This document shows positions 23,209-36,515 of a DNA stretch of 64,000 bases, one piece after another. Below the pieces are notes generated by a model. It made no database searches, was not told the origin of the DNA, and saw nothing but the letters and a program-made list of their open reading frames with translations. Source of the DNA: Eledone cirrhosa (lineage: Eukaryota); contig OZ024744.1 in NCBI GenBank assembly GCA_964016885.1, positions 46,500,001 through 46,564,000 of the forward strand, written 5' to 3'. A program made the translations under genes and the position numbers. Position 1 is the stretch's first letter. Every line of letters starts with the position of its first letter.

Positions 23209-24364
23209 TTGTACTAGATTTTGTTGGAAGGAGGATTTCGTCTAGAATACTAAATCGCTTCCTTCCAACATTGAATTTCATAATAATAGTAATAGTACTC
23301 CCGACGTCATTGTAAACCCTAGGCTAACTTCTGTAAACCCAAATACAACGTCAAACACAACTTCGCTAAATGTTCATAATCCAACTCCAAATCAAGAAAA
23401 TTATTATTATTTTTTCTCTCTATCATAAAACTTTTTAATCTCAATTTCATCCTTAATTTATAATTTGTTTCTCCACATCAACGAACTCATTCTTAATACA
23501 TATTAACTCTTTCTTCGCACATATTATCAACTCCTTCAATATAAAAACCTTAACTTCACATTATTTTTCTCAAATCATCTAATACACAAACCTTAATAAT
23601 TTTTTAATACATATTAACTCTTTCTTCGCACATATTATCAATTCCTTCAATATACAAACTTTAACTTCACATTATTTTTATCAAATCCTTCTACACACAA
23701 ACCTTAATAATTTTTTCTCTTCGTTAATTTTGAAATTGCCACAATACTTATCAACATACACCTTTTTGACGTTAGAATATTCATCCGCAATTATTATTTT
23801 TTCTCTCTATCTTCATACATAAACTCCCTCTCTTTCCTCGTACATATTTTTCCCTTCGTTAATTTTCAAATTCTTTTAATTTATACATTATCTTCCAACG
23901 GTTCTCAACCTCTCTATGTAAAACAATATATCTTTTCTCAGTTATAAAAACTATCTCTTTCTCTCTATCACCCATCTCTCCCTCTCCACCTTCACTCTCA
24001 TCTCCTCCCCTTTTTTCATCCTTTCCACCCCCCTCCCTAAATAAAATATTTTTTCCTCGTATATATTTTTCCCTTCGTTAATTTTCAAATACTTTTAATT
24101 TATACATTATCTTCCAACGGTTTTCAACCTCTCTATGTAAAACAATATATCTTCTCTCAGTTATAAAAACTATCTCTTTCTCTCTATCACCCATCTCTCC
24201 CTCTCCACCTTCACTCTCATCTCCTCCCCTTTTTCATCCTTTCCACCCCCCTCTCTAAATAAAATATTTTTCCCAATATCACACATCAATCTAAAACCAC
24301 TTTTCATATGTTGATTTAAAACTGCACCATCCACAAGTGTTTTTTAGCCTTCATATCATGTTCT

Positions 24365-24433
24365 GTTTTATCTGATGAAAACACAAATATTATTGCATGA
24401 TGATGTTTGTTTTTGAAATGCGCATAATAAAAT
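24365..24433 (+). ncRNA. Type I minimal hammerhead ribozyme in the Penelope pLTR
   Basis: Stem I GTTTTAT/ATAAAAT, CTGATGA, long stem II, GAAA, palindromic stem III ATGCGCAT, AUA site with predicted cut after 24426. Confidence 0.85.
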
Positions 24434-24555
24434 ACATGGAACTCATTTAACCATCTTTTGATCTTATATTATGTATACTCCAGTCCTACAAACTGTAGAG
24501 TGGTTCTTATCCGATATCTGCATTGCTTTATTGTACTACAATAAAACTCACCTCC

Positions 24556-24663
<108 letters not shown>

Positions 24664-24789
24664 AAGTTTTATTTAAATTGTTGGGTTACAACGAGTAAAT
24701 ATTTATAACTGATATAAAAGCACTCAACAAGTATTTGGAGTATATTTACGATATTAAATAAATGGAAATTATATTTATAAAACCATATT

Positions 24790-24855
24790 TATTTCATTAT
24801 ATATATTTCAGGGATATCACATTAAAAATATGGTATGCCTTCTTCAGACAAAATA
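24790..24855 (-). ncRNA. Type I hammerhead ribozyme
   Basis: Reverse complement of 24994-25059. Confidence 0.75.
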
Positions 24856-24993
24856 CAATATAAACAGTCTTATAAATAGATAGATTTGACATACCTTTCA
24901 ACTTCATCTTCCATTTAAAAAATCAACTTTTTAAATGGAAGATTAAGTTGAAAGGTATGTCAAATCTATCTATTTATAAGACTGTTTATATTG

Positions 24994-25059
24994 TATTTTG
25001 TCTGAAGAAGGCATACCATATTTTTAATGTCATATCCCTGAAATATATATAATGAAATA
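24994..25059 (+). ncRNA. Type I hammerhead ribozyme
   Basis: Stem I TATTTTGT/ATGAAATA, CTGAAGA, imperfect stem II, GAAA, palindromic ATATATAT, AUA site. Confidence 0.75.
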
Positions 25060-25269
25060 AATATGGTTTTATAAATATAATTTCCATTTATTTAATATCG
25101 TATATATATATATATGCCAGGGACAGAGGGAGTTTGCTCCATTTGTGTTTGCACCTTGTATATATATGTATAATTCTGAGATAATGAATGTAATAACTGT
25201 TTCCTGTATTTGTAATGTTATGTGTATATATACATGTAGGTTTAATATGATTTTGTTTATATATTCTAG

Positions 25270-25329
25270 GTGCCCATCTTACAGTGTCCCCTCGCAATAC
25301 TTCAATGGAGCCAAAATCAACTAAAAAGG
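25270..25329 (+). CDS. 60-nt repeat exon AHLTVSPRNTSMEPKSTKK
   Basis: tag|...|gtaagt. Confidence 0.6.
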
Positions 25330-25406
25330 GTAAGTTATAATTTGAACATCATCTAATAAGTTATTCAGTAATTTATCCTTTCTCTCTATATATAACTATA
25401 TGTATA

Positions 25407-25760
25407 TGGAGGCACTATGGCTTAGTGGTTAGAGCATTGGCTTTGCAATTGAGAGGTTGTGAGTTAAATTCTCAGAACAGGTGATGTGTTGTTTCCTTGA
25501 GCAAGTCATTTATGTCACATTGCTCCAGTTTACTCAGCTGTAGAAATGAGATGATAGGGACTGCGGTCCCTAGCATTCCACTGCAAAGTGGTCGTGGAGG
25601 TGCCACGGCATAAAAGCACCCAGCACTCACTGTAAATGGGGTTGGTGTTAGGAAGGGCATCCAGCTATATATATCAAGCCAGAATCAGTTCCAGTCCCAC
25701 CCTTGCAAGCAGGGAAAAAGCGGACGTAAAGTGAAATAATGATGATGATGAAATGATGAT
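25407..25760 (+). mobile_element. CORE-type SINE
   Basis: Same family. Confidence 0.85.
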
Positions 25761-25904
25761 ATACATATATATGTATATATTTGTATATATATATATTCCG
25801 GTGACAGAGGGAGTTTGGTCCATTTATGTTTGGACCTGGTGTATATATGTATATATCAGAGATAATGAAGCTAATAACTGTTTCCTGTATTTGTAAATTT
25901 AATT

Positions 25905-26349
25905 GAGAGCTGGGCATTGTGTGCAGAGGATATACGCAGACTAGAGAGGAACGAAGCTTGCATGCTCTGCTGGATGTGTAATAGTAATATACGTGAACGG
26001 CAAAGCATAAACGAACTAAGGAAAAAATTAGAAATAAGAGGGATCAGATGTTGTTTACTCGAGAGAAGACTACGTTGGTATGGTCACGTGATGCGCATGA
26101 AAGACGATAGCTGTATAACAAAGTGCAGGGCAATAAAGATAGACGGTAGCCACGGAATAGGCAGACCCAGAAAGACCTGGGACGAGCTGATAAATTCCGA
26201 CCTCACACACTTACACCTCTCCAAGACAATGTCACTGGACCGAGATCTTTGGTGGCACTCAGTAATAGAGAAGACCCTCCTTACCTAAATACAAAGTAAA
26301 ACCTACTACAGTCAGTAGGCATCTCTAACAAATACACCCCCCCCCACCA
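25905..26349 (+). mobile_element. RTE-A fragment replacing host cassette sequence
   Basis: C-terminal ORF 25917-26288; truncated at both ends. Confidence 0.9.
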
Positions 26350-26411
26350 TCTAATAAGTTATTCAGTAATTTATCCTTTCTCTCGATATATAAATATATG
26401 TATATATATAT

Positions 26412-27200
26412 ATAGAAATCACATGAATCAAAGCTTTGTTCAAACCATTTATTAGCTTACAATTGTTTCGTCCAAACCGAGGTTTGGAGACTTCGGAGCA
26501 ATTTTTAAATGATTGTTTACATACATGACCTCTTTTCCAACACAAGAGAAATCCAGAAAAATATGTATATATCGATACACAGTGGGGTGATATCCAATAT
26601 AATATTTTAGCATGGCAATTTACATTCAAAAATTAAAAATTAAAATCATTTTAAAAGATAATTAAAACAAAATTAAAATTAAAATACAACATCGGCAGTT
26701 GACGAATATACTGCAAGAGGATAGTTTGAAGTAGTTAGTGTATGCAATAGTTACACGTGAGGCATGAACGTGTGTCTTATTTATATTAGATTAATGTGTG
26801 GCAAGGTGTTATATGCAATACAGGCACTTTAAGCAGGTAAACAAGAGTATTATGGGGGTTGTACTGGTAAAGTATTTTTTATGTATGATAAAGAAGCTTG
26901 TGTGCAGAGAAATATTAAAAATAAGAAGCAAAATAATGTTATGGTTTTCGTATACACCACCATTTTCACAACCCAGGAAACGTGATATATAGATTATATG
27001 TCCTTCACATAATTCACGATGATTCAGAATAGGAAGCTTGATGTATTAGGTTAGATTATTACAGAATGTTGTTCTTTAATCCAATTTTATAGAGCAATAA
27101 GGTAGTAATAAATTACTGTCTTTCACTGTTTAGGGTTTAAAATATATATAACTATAAAAGGTTTTAGTATATACATAACCATAAATAGTATCCTTAATAC
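26412..27200. mobile_element. ~0.8-kb Penelope-derived insert, copy 2
   Basis: Paralog of 15560-16349 in the same unit context. Confidence 0.5.
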
Positions 27201-27381
27201 TATATATATATATATATATAGATATTCGGGGGACAGAGGGAGTTTGCTCCACTTGTGTTTGGACCTGGTGTATATATATATATATGTCAGAGATAATGAA
27301 TATAATAACTGTTTCCTGTATTTGTAATGTTATTTGTATATATACTTGTAGGTTTACTATGATTTTGTTTATATATTCTAG

Positions 27382-27441
27382 GTGACCATCTTACAGTGTC
27401 CCCTCGCAATGCTTCAATACAGAAAATATCATCTGAAAAGG
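27382..27441 (+). CDS. 60-nt repeat exon DHLTVSPRNASIQKISSEK
   Basis: tag|...|gtaagt. Confidence 0.6.
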
Positions 27442-27702
27442 GTAAGTTATAATTTGAACATCATCTAATAAGTTATTGTGTAATCTATGCTTTATCTCTA
27501 TATATAAATATATGTATATATATATATATAAATATGTATATATATATATGCCAGGGACAGAGGGAGTTTGCTCCATTTGTGTTTGGGCCTGGTGTATATA
27601 TGTATATATCAGCGATAGTGAATATAATAACTGTTTCCTGTATTTTTAATGTTGTTTGTATATATACATGCATGTTACTATGATTTTGTTTATATATTGT
27701 TG

Positions 27703-27762
27703 GTGACCATCTTACCGTGTCCCCTCGCATTGCTTCAATAGAAAAAATATCAAGTCAAAAGG
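27703..27762 (+). pseudogene. Repeat exon with dead acceptor (DHLTVSPRIASIEKISSQK)
   Basis: Acceptor reads TTGTTG; donor intact. Confidence 0.55.
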
Positions 27763-27845
27763 GTAAGTTATAATTTGAACATCATCTAATAAGTTATTCA
27801 GTAATTTATCATTTATCTCTCTATATATAAATATATGTATATATA

Positions 27846-30083
27846 TCATCATCATCATCATCATCATCGTTTAACGTCCATCTTCCACGCTTGCATGGGT
27901 TTGGACGGGAGTTTTCCCACTTGAGGCAAGAGTGGTTGTCTTTCTCGCATAGGACTGTCTGGCGGGTTTTCTACAGCTGGATGCCCTTCCTAACACCAAC
28001 CACATTTACAGTGTGGGACTGGGAGGTTTTTACCGTGTTGCCTACACGGCCACATTACAGCGTGGACTGTGTGTTTTTTTGTCGTGACACCTACACGATC
28101 TCATTTGTTTCGGCCTGGATGTTGTGGCACCAACATAACTTGACATTGAAAGGGGTGTGTGCATGGGGTGGGGTGGTGGGACGGGGGTGTATTTTGTTAG
28201 AGATGCCTACTGACTGTAGTAAGTTTTACTTTGTATTTAGGTAAGGCGGGTCTTCTCTATTACTGAGTGCCGCCAAAGATCTCGGTCCAGTGACATTGTC
28301 TTGGAGAGGTGTAAGTGTGTGAGGTTGGAGTTTATCAGGTCGTCCCAGTTTTTTCTTGGTCTGCCTACTCCGTGGCTACCGTCTATCTTTATTGCCCTGC
28401 ACTTTTTTATACAGCTGTCGTCTTTCATGCGCATCACGTGACCATACCAACGTAGCTTTCTCTCGAGTAAACAACATCTGATCCCTCTTATTTCTAATTT
28501 TTTCTTTAGTTCGTTTATGCTTTGCCGTTCGCGTATATTACTATTACACATCCAGTGGAGCATGCAAGCTTCATTCCTCTCTAGTCTGCGTATATCCTCT
28601 GCACACAATGCCCAGGTCTCACTGCCATGTAACATTGCTGTTTGTATGCAGGCATCATACAGTCTGCCTTTCATTTTTAGGGAGAACCCTTTAGTGGCTA
28701 ATAGTGGTATAAGCTCCCTGAACTTTTTCCATCCAGTTCTGACTCTAGCTACTGTACTTTCAGAGCGCCCTCCCCCACTGCTGATTTTGTCACCCAGGTA
28801 ACGGAAGCTGTCCACTATTTCTATAGTACCCTCTGCGCAATTGAAAGTGATAGTAATCTATGGTCACTTGCTGCTACTTATTGCACCAGAGCACCGACAA
28901 CATGTTAAATCTATGTTCTTAGTTAGCTTACCTATGATCCCACTACATCTTTTATGCACCCATACTTTGCATTTGGGACATAAAATGGAGTTTCTACCTA
29001 CGTCTTTCCTACACACTGAGCATGGCCATTTCCCGGAAGGGACCGGCGCCTTATTTACTTTCCTACAAACTAGAACTTTAGTCTTAGCCAGGTTAATTTT
29101 AAGGCCTTTTGATTCTAGGCTGTGCTTCCATGTTTGGAATTTCTTCTCTAGCTCGGCCATTGATTCAGCTATGAGCGTTAGATCATCTGCGTATAGGAGT
29201 TCCCACGGGCAGCCGGTCTTGAACTCCACTGTTATAGCCTGAAGGGCAATAATAAATAGGAGGGGGCTAAGAACAGAGCCCTGATGAACACCAACTTTTA
29301 CGCTAAACTCTTCACTATATTCGTTGTTAATTCTAACCTTGCTGACTGTTTCTTTATACATGGCTTGTATAGCTCTCACAAGCCATTCATCAACACCTAG
29401 TTTTCTAAGAGCCCACCAGATAATGGAACGGGGGACTCTGTCGAAGGCTTTCTCCAAGTCGACGAAAGCTAAGTATACGGGTTTACTTTTAGCTAGGTAC
29501 TTCTCCTGTAGTTGTCGTACAATGAAAAGAGCGTCTGTGGTACTTTTGCCTGACACAAACCCGAACTGCATTATATCTAGATCGATTCTCTCTCTGATTA
29601 GTTGCGCTATTACTTTTTTCGTGACCTTCATGACCTGGTCGATTAATTTAATGCCTCTATAGTTACTCCTATCTAGGGCATCTCCTTTAACCTTGTAGCA
29701 GTTAATGATGATGCTGCTATGCCAGTCCTTCGGAACAACCCCATTCTGTATGACTTGGTTTACTATCCGGGGGACATGGTGTGTCCCACCGTTCCAGAGG
29801 CTTTCAGCATCTCAGCAACTATTTCCGAAGGCCCAGCCGCCTTACCCGTCTTCAAATCTTTTACTTATTATACTACCTTCGACTAACACTGCTGGTCCCT
29901 CTATTGGGTCGATGTGGGGGAGACTGTCTTTCTCCCATTTATTCTCCTCATTTAGTAGCCTTTCGTAGTGACACTTCCAAACTACCTTCTTATCAGCGTC
30001 AGTGATGCCATGTACGCCATCATCATTAAGTACACACTTCTCCCCGACAATATCAAGGTTTTCCTTGACACATTGCCTAGCAA
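27846..30083 (-). mobile_element. RTE-A LINE, 5'-truncated, degenerate
   Basis: ORF pieces 28237-30083; (CAT)n tail. Confidence 0.93.
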
Positions 30084-30085
30084 TA

Positions 30086-30135
<50 letters not shown>

Positions 30136-30288
30136 CCAAGGACAGAGAGAGTTTGGTCCATTTGTGTTTGGACCTGGTGTATACATGTATATATCAGAGA
30201 TAGTGAATGTAATAACTCTTTCCTGTATTTGTAATGTTATTTGTATATACACATGTAGGTTTACTATGATTTTGTTTATATACTCTAG

Positions 30289-30348
30289 GTGACCATATTA
30301 CAGTGTCCCCTCGCATTGCTTCTATGGAGCCAAGATCAACTGAAAAGG
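30289..30348 (+). CDS. 60-nt repeat exon DHITVSPRIASMEPRSTEK
   Basis: tag|...|gtgagt. Confidence 0.6.
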
Positions 30349-30592
30349 GTGAGTTATAATTTGAACATCATCTAATAAGTTATTCAGTAATTTATCCTTT
30401 TTCTCTATATATAAATATATATATATATATATACATATTCGGGGGACCGAGGAAGTTTGGTCCACTTGTGTTTGGACCTGGTGTATATATGTATATATCA
30501 AAGATAATGAATGTAATAACTGTTTCCTGTATTTGTAATGTTATGTGTATATATACATGTAGGTTTACTATGAATTTGTTTATATATTCCAG

Positions 30593-30652
30593 GTGACCAT
30601 CTTGCAGTGTCCCCTCGCATTGCTTCAATGGAGCCAAAATCAACTAAAATGT
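30593..30652 (+). CDS. 60-nt repeat exon DHLAVSPRIASMEPKSTKM
   Basis: cag|...|gtaagt. Confidence 0.6.
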
Positions 30653-30729
30653 GTAAGTTATAATTTGAACATCATCTAATAAGTTATTCAGTAATTTATC
30701 CTTTCTCTCTATATATAAATATATGTATA

Positions 30730-30843
30730 TGGAGGCACATGGCTTAGTGGTTAAAGCATTTACCATGTAAACGAAAGTGAGTTCAATCCTCAGACCTGGT
30801 GATGTGGTGCTTCCTTGAGCAAGTCACTTTCTTTCACATTGCT
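30730..30843 (+). mobile_element. CORE-type SINE head truncated by Penelope 3
   Basis: A/B boxes and CORE-like block, then an abrupt switch. Confidence 0.75.
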
Positions 30844-33547
30844 AAATCGTAACACATGTCTTCATTATCCATTTGACAAACTAAATGAGAACTTAAATTA
30901 TGTCAATTTTAACGCTAATTACCCCAGATCCGTTAAAAATACTATAGTGAACTCTGTACAAGAACGAATTTCAAGAATTTCATCTAATAAGAATATATTT
31001 GATGAAAAAGCGCATTATTACAACGAAGCGTTAGGTAGAGCTGGGTATAGAAATAAAATTAAATACATCGATAATAATAATAATATAAAAACTAACCAAA
31101 ATAATAACAATTTTAACTATGGTAACAATTTTAACAACTATAATAGAAAACATTACAATAATTCCGAAAGCCGAAAAAGAAATAGAACTAGGAATATACT
31201 ATTGTTCGCTCCTCCTTTCTCACAAAATATTAAAACCCCTATTGCTAAACTATTCTTTAAAGCTCTTGACAAACGCTTCCCTAGAACACATAGATATTAC
31301 TCAATTTTTAATAGACATACTATACAATTAACTTACTCTTCCACCAAAAATTTGGCGCAAAATATTAATAGAATTAATAATAGAAATTTAAAACCTAACC
31401 AAAATACCAATAATAACCCCAGCAATATTCAATCGAATAATTGTAACTGTAGAAATAAATCCAACTGTCCGTTAAATAACAACTGCTTAGCTAAAAATGT
31501 AGTTTATAACTGTAATGTAAAAACTAATTTAAATGCATTTAATTATGTCGGTTCTACCTCCACAGAGTTTAAATCTGGCTTCAATAATCATAAAAATTAT
31601 TTTACAGATCCAAACAAAAAATCTTCAACTTCGCTATCTAGCCTATTATGGGACCTAAAACGAGATAATGTTGAATATTCGCTGATTTGGAATATTATTT
31701 CATAAGCTACTCCTTTTAATTCCTCTTCGGAAAATTGCGATCTTTGTATAGAGGAAATATTCTTTATATTAAAGACCAAAAATTCCCTTAATTTAAGGAA
31801 TAATGTATTCAGTTGCTGCAGACATAGATTGAATTCAACGTTTAAATATAAATATAAATTTAAAATGTAGTATAATTAATTAAGTAATTTGGTTAATATA
31901 TGAAACCGGTCGATAAATCATTAGATTCCTTCACCTTTTTCATTTTCTTTTGTTAAGTACTCAAGTATAAATAAATTTTCTTCCTAAATATAAATATAAT
32001 AAACTATTCTAGAAAAGTTTATCCTTTCAATATCTTGAGTAAAATATACGTAAGATAAATTTCTATACTAAATATATTAAACATATTATTTTAACTTCAA
32101 ATATTCTATAATATTTTTTAATATTTTAATATTTTGATATTTGTAGAATTCTTTTGTTTTTAAGTTATATTGATATAATATTTTATTTATTTTTTATTAG
32201 GTTTGTTTTTATTCTGATAGCTTCTCATAATTTTCAAAAGTCTATCCTTTCAATATCTTGAATAAAATATACGTAAGATAAATTTCTATACTAAATCTAT
32301 TAAACATATTATTTTAACTTAAAATATTCTATAATATTTTAAAATATTTTAATATTTTGATATTTGTAGAATTCTTTTGTTTTTAAGTTATATTGATATA
32401 ATTATATTTCCAAAATATAATCCTTTTGTATTTTATGTACTCAATTTTACTATGTAATATATTGATGTATATTTATCTCTATACGACTATGTATGTATGT
32501 GTGTGTATTAACAAACATATACATGTGTTATATGCATTTTTATGAATATATGTATGTCTGTCTATATAGGCATGAGTGACGCGTGTCTACTAATTAGGTG
32601 AAGATGCACACACATGTTTATATATGTATATGTAAGAATCGTGTGTGTACATGTACATGTGTACCCATGCAATTTGATTGCAGATATGCATAATTTAACA
32701 GCCATAAATGCATGAAAGTTAATCCTATATATTTATATATATATATACTAAAAATGTTTATTTAATAACACAAGGGATGTATAACATTAATAAAAAAAAT
32801 CACTTATGCTTTGTATGTATGTATTATATGCGGGAGTAGATATAGTGTGTATTTTCTGAGTGTGTGTGTATATGTATATTTGCGTATATGTACGTGCTAT
32901 ATGATAGGTAATTTCTCTAGCAATGTATATATTTCGTAATGTTTAAATTCCAATTTTTAATATATTGATCTCAATTTTTAAACTAAATATCTAATCATAG
33001 TTAAACAATGATTAATTTCTCATATTATATATGTATATTCCATTCATGAATATTAATATTTCTAATTTTATTTATTCATTTTATCTCAATTGTTAACTTA
33101 ACTTAATATGACATGACTTAAGGTTTTCGTTCTCTCCCCCTCTCTCTATCTCTATATTTTTCTCTCTCTTGATTTTTTCTCTCTAACTGCTGGTTTGATA
33201 TCTCTCTGTTGTTTTTCTCTGTTTTCTTTTTTCTTTTTTCTTTCTTCTTTTTCTTTATTTATCTCTCCCTGTCTTTCTCCACTTTTCTCTCACTCGGTTT
33301 TCTCTCTCTCCGTCTTTTTCCTTCTCCTTAACACAACAACTTACTAAATTAAACAAACCCACTATCCTGATGTCTTCCAAAAGTAACGGTTGCATTTTGA
33401 AAGGGTACGTCAATGTTTATTTATAAAACTGGTATATATTGTATTTTGTCTGATGAAGGCATACCATAATTTAACATGGTATCCTTGAAATATGTATAAT
33501 AAAATAAATATGGTTTTATAAATATAGTTTCCATTTGTTAATATCGT
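30844..33547 (+). mobile_element. Penelope-like element 3 (Naiad-like), 5'-truncated
   Basis: RT thumb, CNCRNKSNC, VVYNC..YVGST, CDLC; in-frame TAA at 31703-31705, frame continues to 31870; long AT-rich 3'UTR ending in a hammerhead and (TA)n. Confidence 0.9.
33442..33506 (+). ncRNA. Type I hammerhead ribozyme at the 3' end of Penelope 3
   Basis: Stem I TATTTTGT/ATAAAATA, CTGATGA, stem II AGG(C)ATACCA/TGGTATCCT, GAAA, ATATGTAT, AUA site. Confidence 0.85.
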
Positions 33548-33559
33548 ATATATATATAT

Positions 33560-33582
33560 ATGTGTGTGTGTGTGTATGTATG

Positions 33583-33649
<67 letters not shown>

Positions 33650-33657
33650 GTGTGTGT
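33560..33657 (+). repeat. (TG)n microsatellite
   Basis: Seen directly. Confidence 0.95.
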
Positions 33658-34036
33658 TTGCATGTGTGGTTTTATTTTATTTTCTTTCCTTCTTCTTTCT
33701 CCAGACTCACTTTCATATAGATTACATTTTTGTTTTTAAAATCCAAATTCAATAAACAGACCAGGATTTTTTCATTCTGAGGATTGAAAGCAATTTTTTT
33801 TGCTTTTAAGAAACCACAGGTAAATGGAATAATTGCCTTATGTTGTTTATTACATAAATATATATATAAATATATATATATTCCGGTGACAGAGGGAGTT
33901 TGGTCCATTTATGTTTGGACCTGGTGTATATATAATATATATCAGAGATAATGAATCTAATAGCTGTTAACTGTATTTGTAAATTTATTTGTATATATAC
34001 ATGTAGGTGTACTATGATTTTGTTTATATATTCTAG

Positions 34037-34096
34037 GTGACCATATTACAGTGTCCCCTTGCATTGCTTCGATGGAGCCAAGATCAACTGAAAAGG
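34037..34096 (+). CDS. 60-nt repeat exon DHITVSPCIASMEPRSTEK
   Basis: tag|...|gtgagt. Confidence 0.6.
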
Positions 34097-34340
34097 GTGA
34101 GTTATAATTTGAACATCATCTAATAAGTTATTCAGTAATTTATCCTTTCTCTCTCTATATGAATATATGTATATATATATACATATTCGGGGGACCGAGG
34201 GAGTTTGGTCTACTTGTGTTTGGACCTGGTGTGTATATGTATATAACAGAGATAATGAATCTAATAACTGTTTCCTGTATTTGTAAATTTATTTGTATAT
34301 ATACATGTAGGTTTACTATGATTTTGTTTATATATTCTAG

Positions 34341-34400
34341 GTGACCATATTACAGTGTCCCCTCGCATTGCTTCAATAGAGAAAATATCAACTGAAAAGG
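34341..34400 (+). CDS. 60-nt repeat exon DHITVSPRIASIEKISTEK
   Basis: tag|...|gtaagt. Confidence 0.6.
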
Positions 34401-34477
34401 GTAAGTTATAATTTGAACATCATCTAATAAGTTATTCACTAATATATCCTTTCTCTCTATATATAAATATATGTATA

Positions 34478-34807
34478 TGGAGGCACATGGCTTAGTGGTT
34501 AAAGCATTGCCCTTGCAATCGAAAGTGAGTTCAATTCTCAGACCTGCTGATGTGTTGCTTCCTTGAGCAAGTCACTTTATGTCACATTGCTCCAGTTTAC
34601 TCAGCTGTAGAAATGAGATGATAGAGACTGCAGTGCCTATCATTCCACTGCAAAGTGGTCGTGGAGGTGCCACGGCATAAAAGCACCCAGCACTCACTGT
34701 AAATGGGGTTGGTGTTAGGAAGGGCATCCAGCTATATAAATTAAGCCAGAATCAGTTCCCATCCCACCCTTGCAAGCAGGGAAAAAGCGGACGTAAAATG
34801 AAATGAT

Positions 34808-34809
<2 letters not shown>
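34478..34809 (+). mobile_element. CORE-type SINE
   Basis: Same family. Confidence 0.85.
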
Positions 34810-34890
<81 letters not shown>

Positions 34891-35613
34891 GAGGGATCAG
34901 ATGTTGTTTACTCGAGAGAAGGCTACGTTGGTATGGTTACGTGATGCGCATGAAGGACGATAGCTGTATAACAAAGTGCAGGGCAATAAAGATAGATGGT
35001 AGCCACGGAATAGGCAGACCCAGAAAAACATGGGACGAGCTGATAAATTCCGACCTCACACACTTACACCTCACCAAGACAATGTCACTGGACCGAGACC
35101 TTTGGCGGTACTCAGTAATAGAGAAGACCCGCCTTACCTAAATACAAAGTAAAACCTACTACATCAGTAGGCATCTCTAACAAAATACCCCCCCCCCCCC
35201 GTCCTACCACCCCCACCCCATCCACACCGCCCCTTTCAATGTCAAGTTATGTTGGTGCCACAACATCCAGGCCGAAACAAATGAGATCGTGTAGGTGTCA
35301 CGTCAATAAAACACACAGTTCACGCTGTAATGTGGCCGTGTAGGCAACACGGTAAAAACCTCCCAGCCCCACACTGTAAATGTGGTTGGTGTTAGGAAGG
35401 GCATACAGCTGTAGAAATCAAGCCAGAATCAGTTCCTGTATGAGCAAGACAAGGTCAGCCAACTGTAGAAGACAAGGGCATCCAGCTGTAGAAAACCCGA
35501 CAGATAGTCCTATACGAGCAAGACAATCACTCTTGCCTCAAGTGGGAAAACCCCCGTCGAAACCCATGCAAGCAAGGAACACGGACGTTAAACGATGATG
35601 ATGATGATGATGA
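34891..35613 (+). mobile_element. RTE-A 3' fragment
   Basis: C-terminal ORF, 3'UTR and (ATG)n. Confidence 0.9.
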
Positions 35614-35773
35614 TATATGCCAGGGACAGTGGGAGTTTGCTCCCTTTGTGTTTGGACCAGGTGTATATATAATATATATCAGAGATAATGAATCTAATAA
35701 CTGTTTCCTGTATTTGTAAATTTATTTGTATATACACATGTAGGTTTACTATGATTTTGATTATATATTCTAG

Positions 35774-35833
35774 GGAACCATCTTACAGTGTCCCCTCGCA
35801 TTGCTTCTATAGAGAAAATATCAACTAAAAAGG
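35774..35833 (+). CDS. 60-nt repeat exon NHLTVSPRIASIEKISTKK
   Basis: tag|...|gtaagt. Confidence 0.6.
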
Positions 35834-35890
35834 GTAAGTTATAATTTGAACATCATCTAATAAGTTATTCTGTAATTTATCCTTTATCTC

Positions 35891-35943
<53 letters not shown>

Positions 35944-36017
35944 ATATATGCCAGGGATAGAGGGGGTGTTGTCCATTTGTGTTTGGAACTGGTGTATATA
36001 TATATATCAGAGATAAT

Positions 36018-36186
36018 TGTTTCTACGTTAGGCAGAAGGCCAGCAATTACCCAGTGTATTACTGGTACTTTATTTTATCGACCCCGTAAGGATGAAAGGC
36101 AAAGTTAACTCGGCGGGATTTGAACTCAGAATAGCAAAGCATGGCATCCGACTCTCCACCAATACTGCCAATCCAGCGCCCTGGAT
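36018..36186 (-). mobile_element. Second tRNA-SINE family (GCCTTTCATCCTT..GGGGTCGATAAAATAAAGTACCAG core)
   Basis: B box GAGTTCAAATCC; 13-bp TSD TATCAG(A/C)GATAAT; resembles an abundant octopus SINE (from memory, not searched). Confidence 0.75.
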
Positions 36187-36268
36187 TATCAGCGATAATG
36201 AATGTAATAACTGTTTACTGTAGTTGTAATGTTATTTGTATATATACATGTAGGCTTACTATGATTTT

Positions 36269-36323
36269 CATTTCATTCATTTCATATCATTTTACGTCCG
36301 CTTTTCCCTGCTTGCAAGGGTGG
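36269..36323 (-). mobile_element. SINE/RTE tail-only insertion just upstream of an exon acceptor
   Basis: Reverse complement of the SINE tail; TSD GATTTT. Confidence 0.7.
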
Positions 36324-36344
36324 GATTTTGTTTATATATTCTAG

Positions 36345-36404
36345 GTGACTATATTACCGTGTACCCTCGCATTGCTTCAATGGAGCCAAAATCAACTAAA
36401 AAGG
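36345..36404 (+). CDS. 60-nt repeat exon DYITVYPRIASMEPKSTKK
   Basis: tag|...|gtaagt. Confidence 0.58.
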
Positions 36405-36457
36405 GTAAGTTATAATTTGAACATCATGTAATAAGTTATTCAGTAATTTATCCTTTC

Positions 36458-36515
<58 letters not shown>

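Larger units (their letters stand above)
19756..24472 (-). mobile_element. Penelope-like element 2 (Naiad-like) with inverted pLTRs
   Basis: 723-aa open RT+GIY-YIG ORF; 19756-20830 is the inverted copy of ~23400-24472; a hammerhead at each end; sits in (TA)n. Confidence 0.93.
24747..25102. mobile_element. 355-bp palindrome made of two head-to-head Penelope pLTR ends
   Basis: ~175-bp arms with 2 visible mismatches; arms are homologous to ~33395-33547. Confidence 0.85.
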
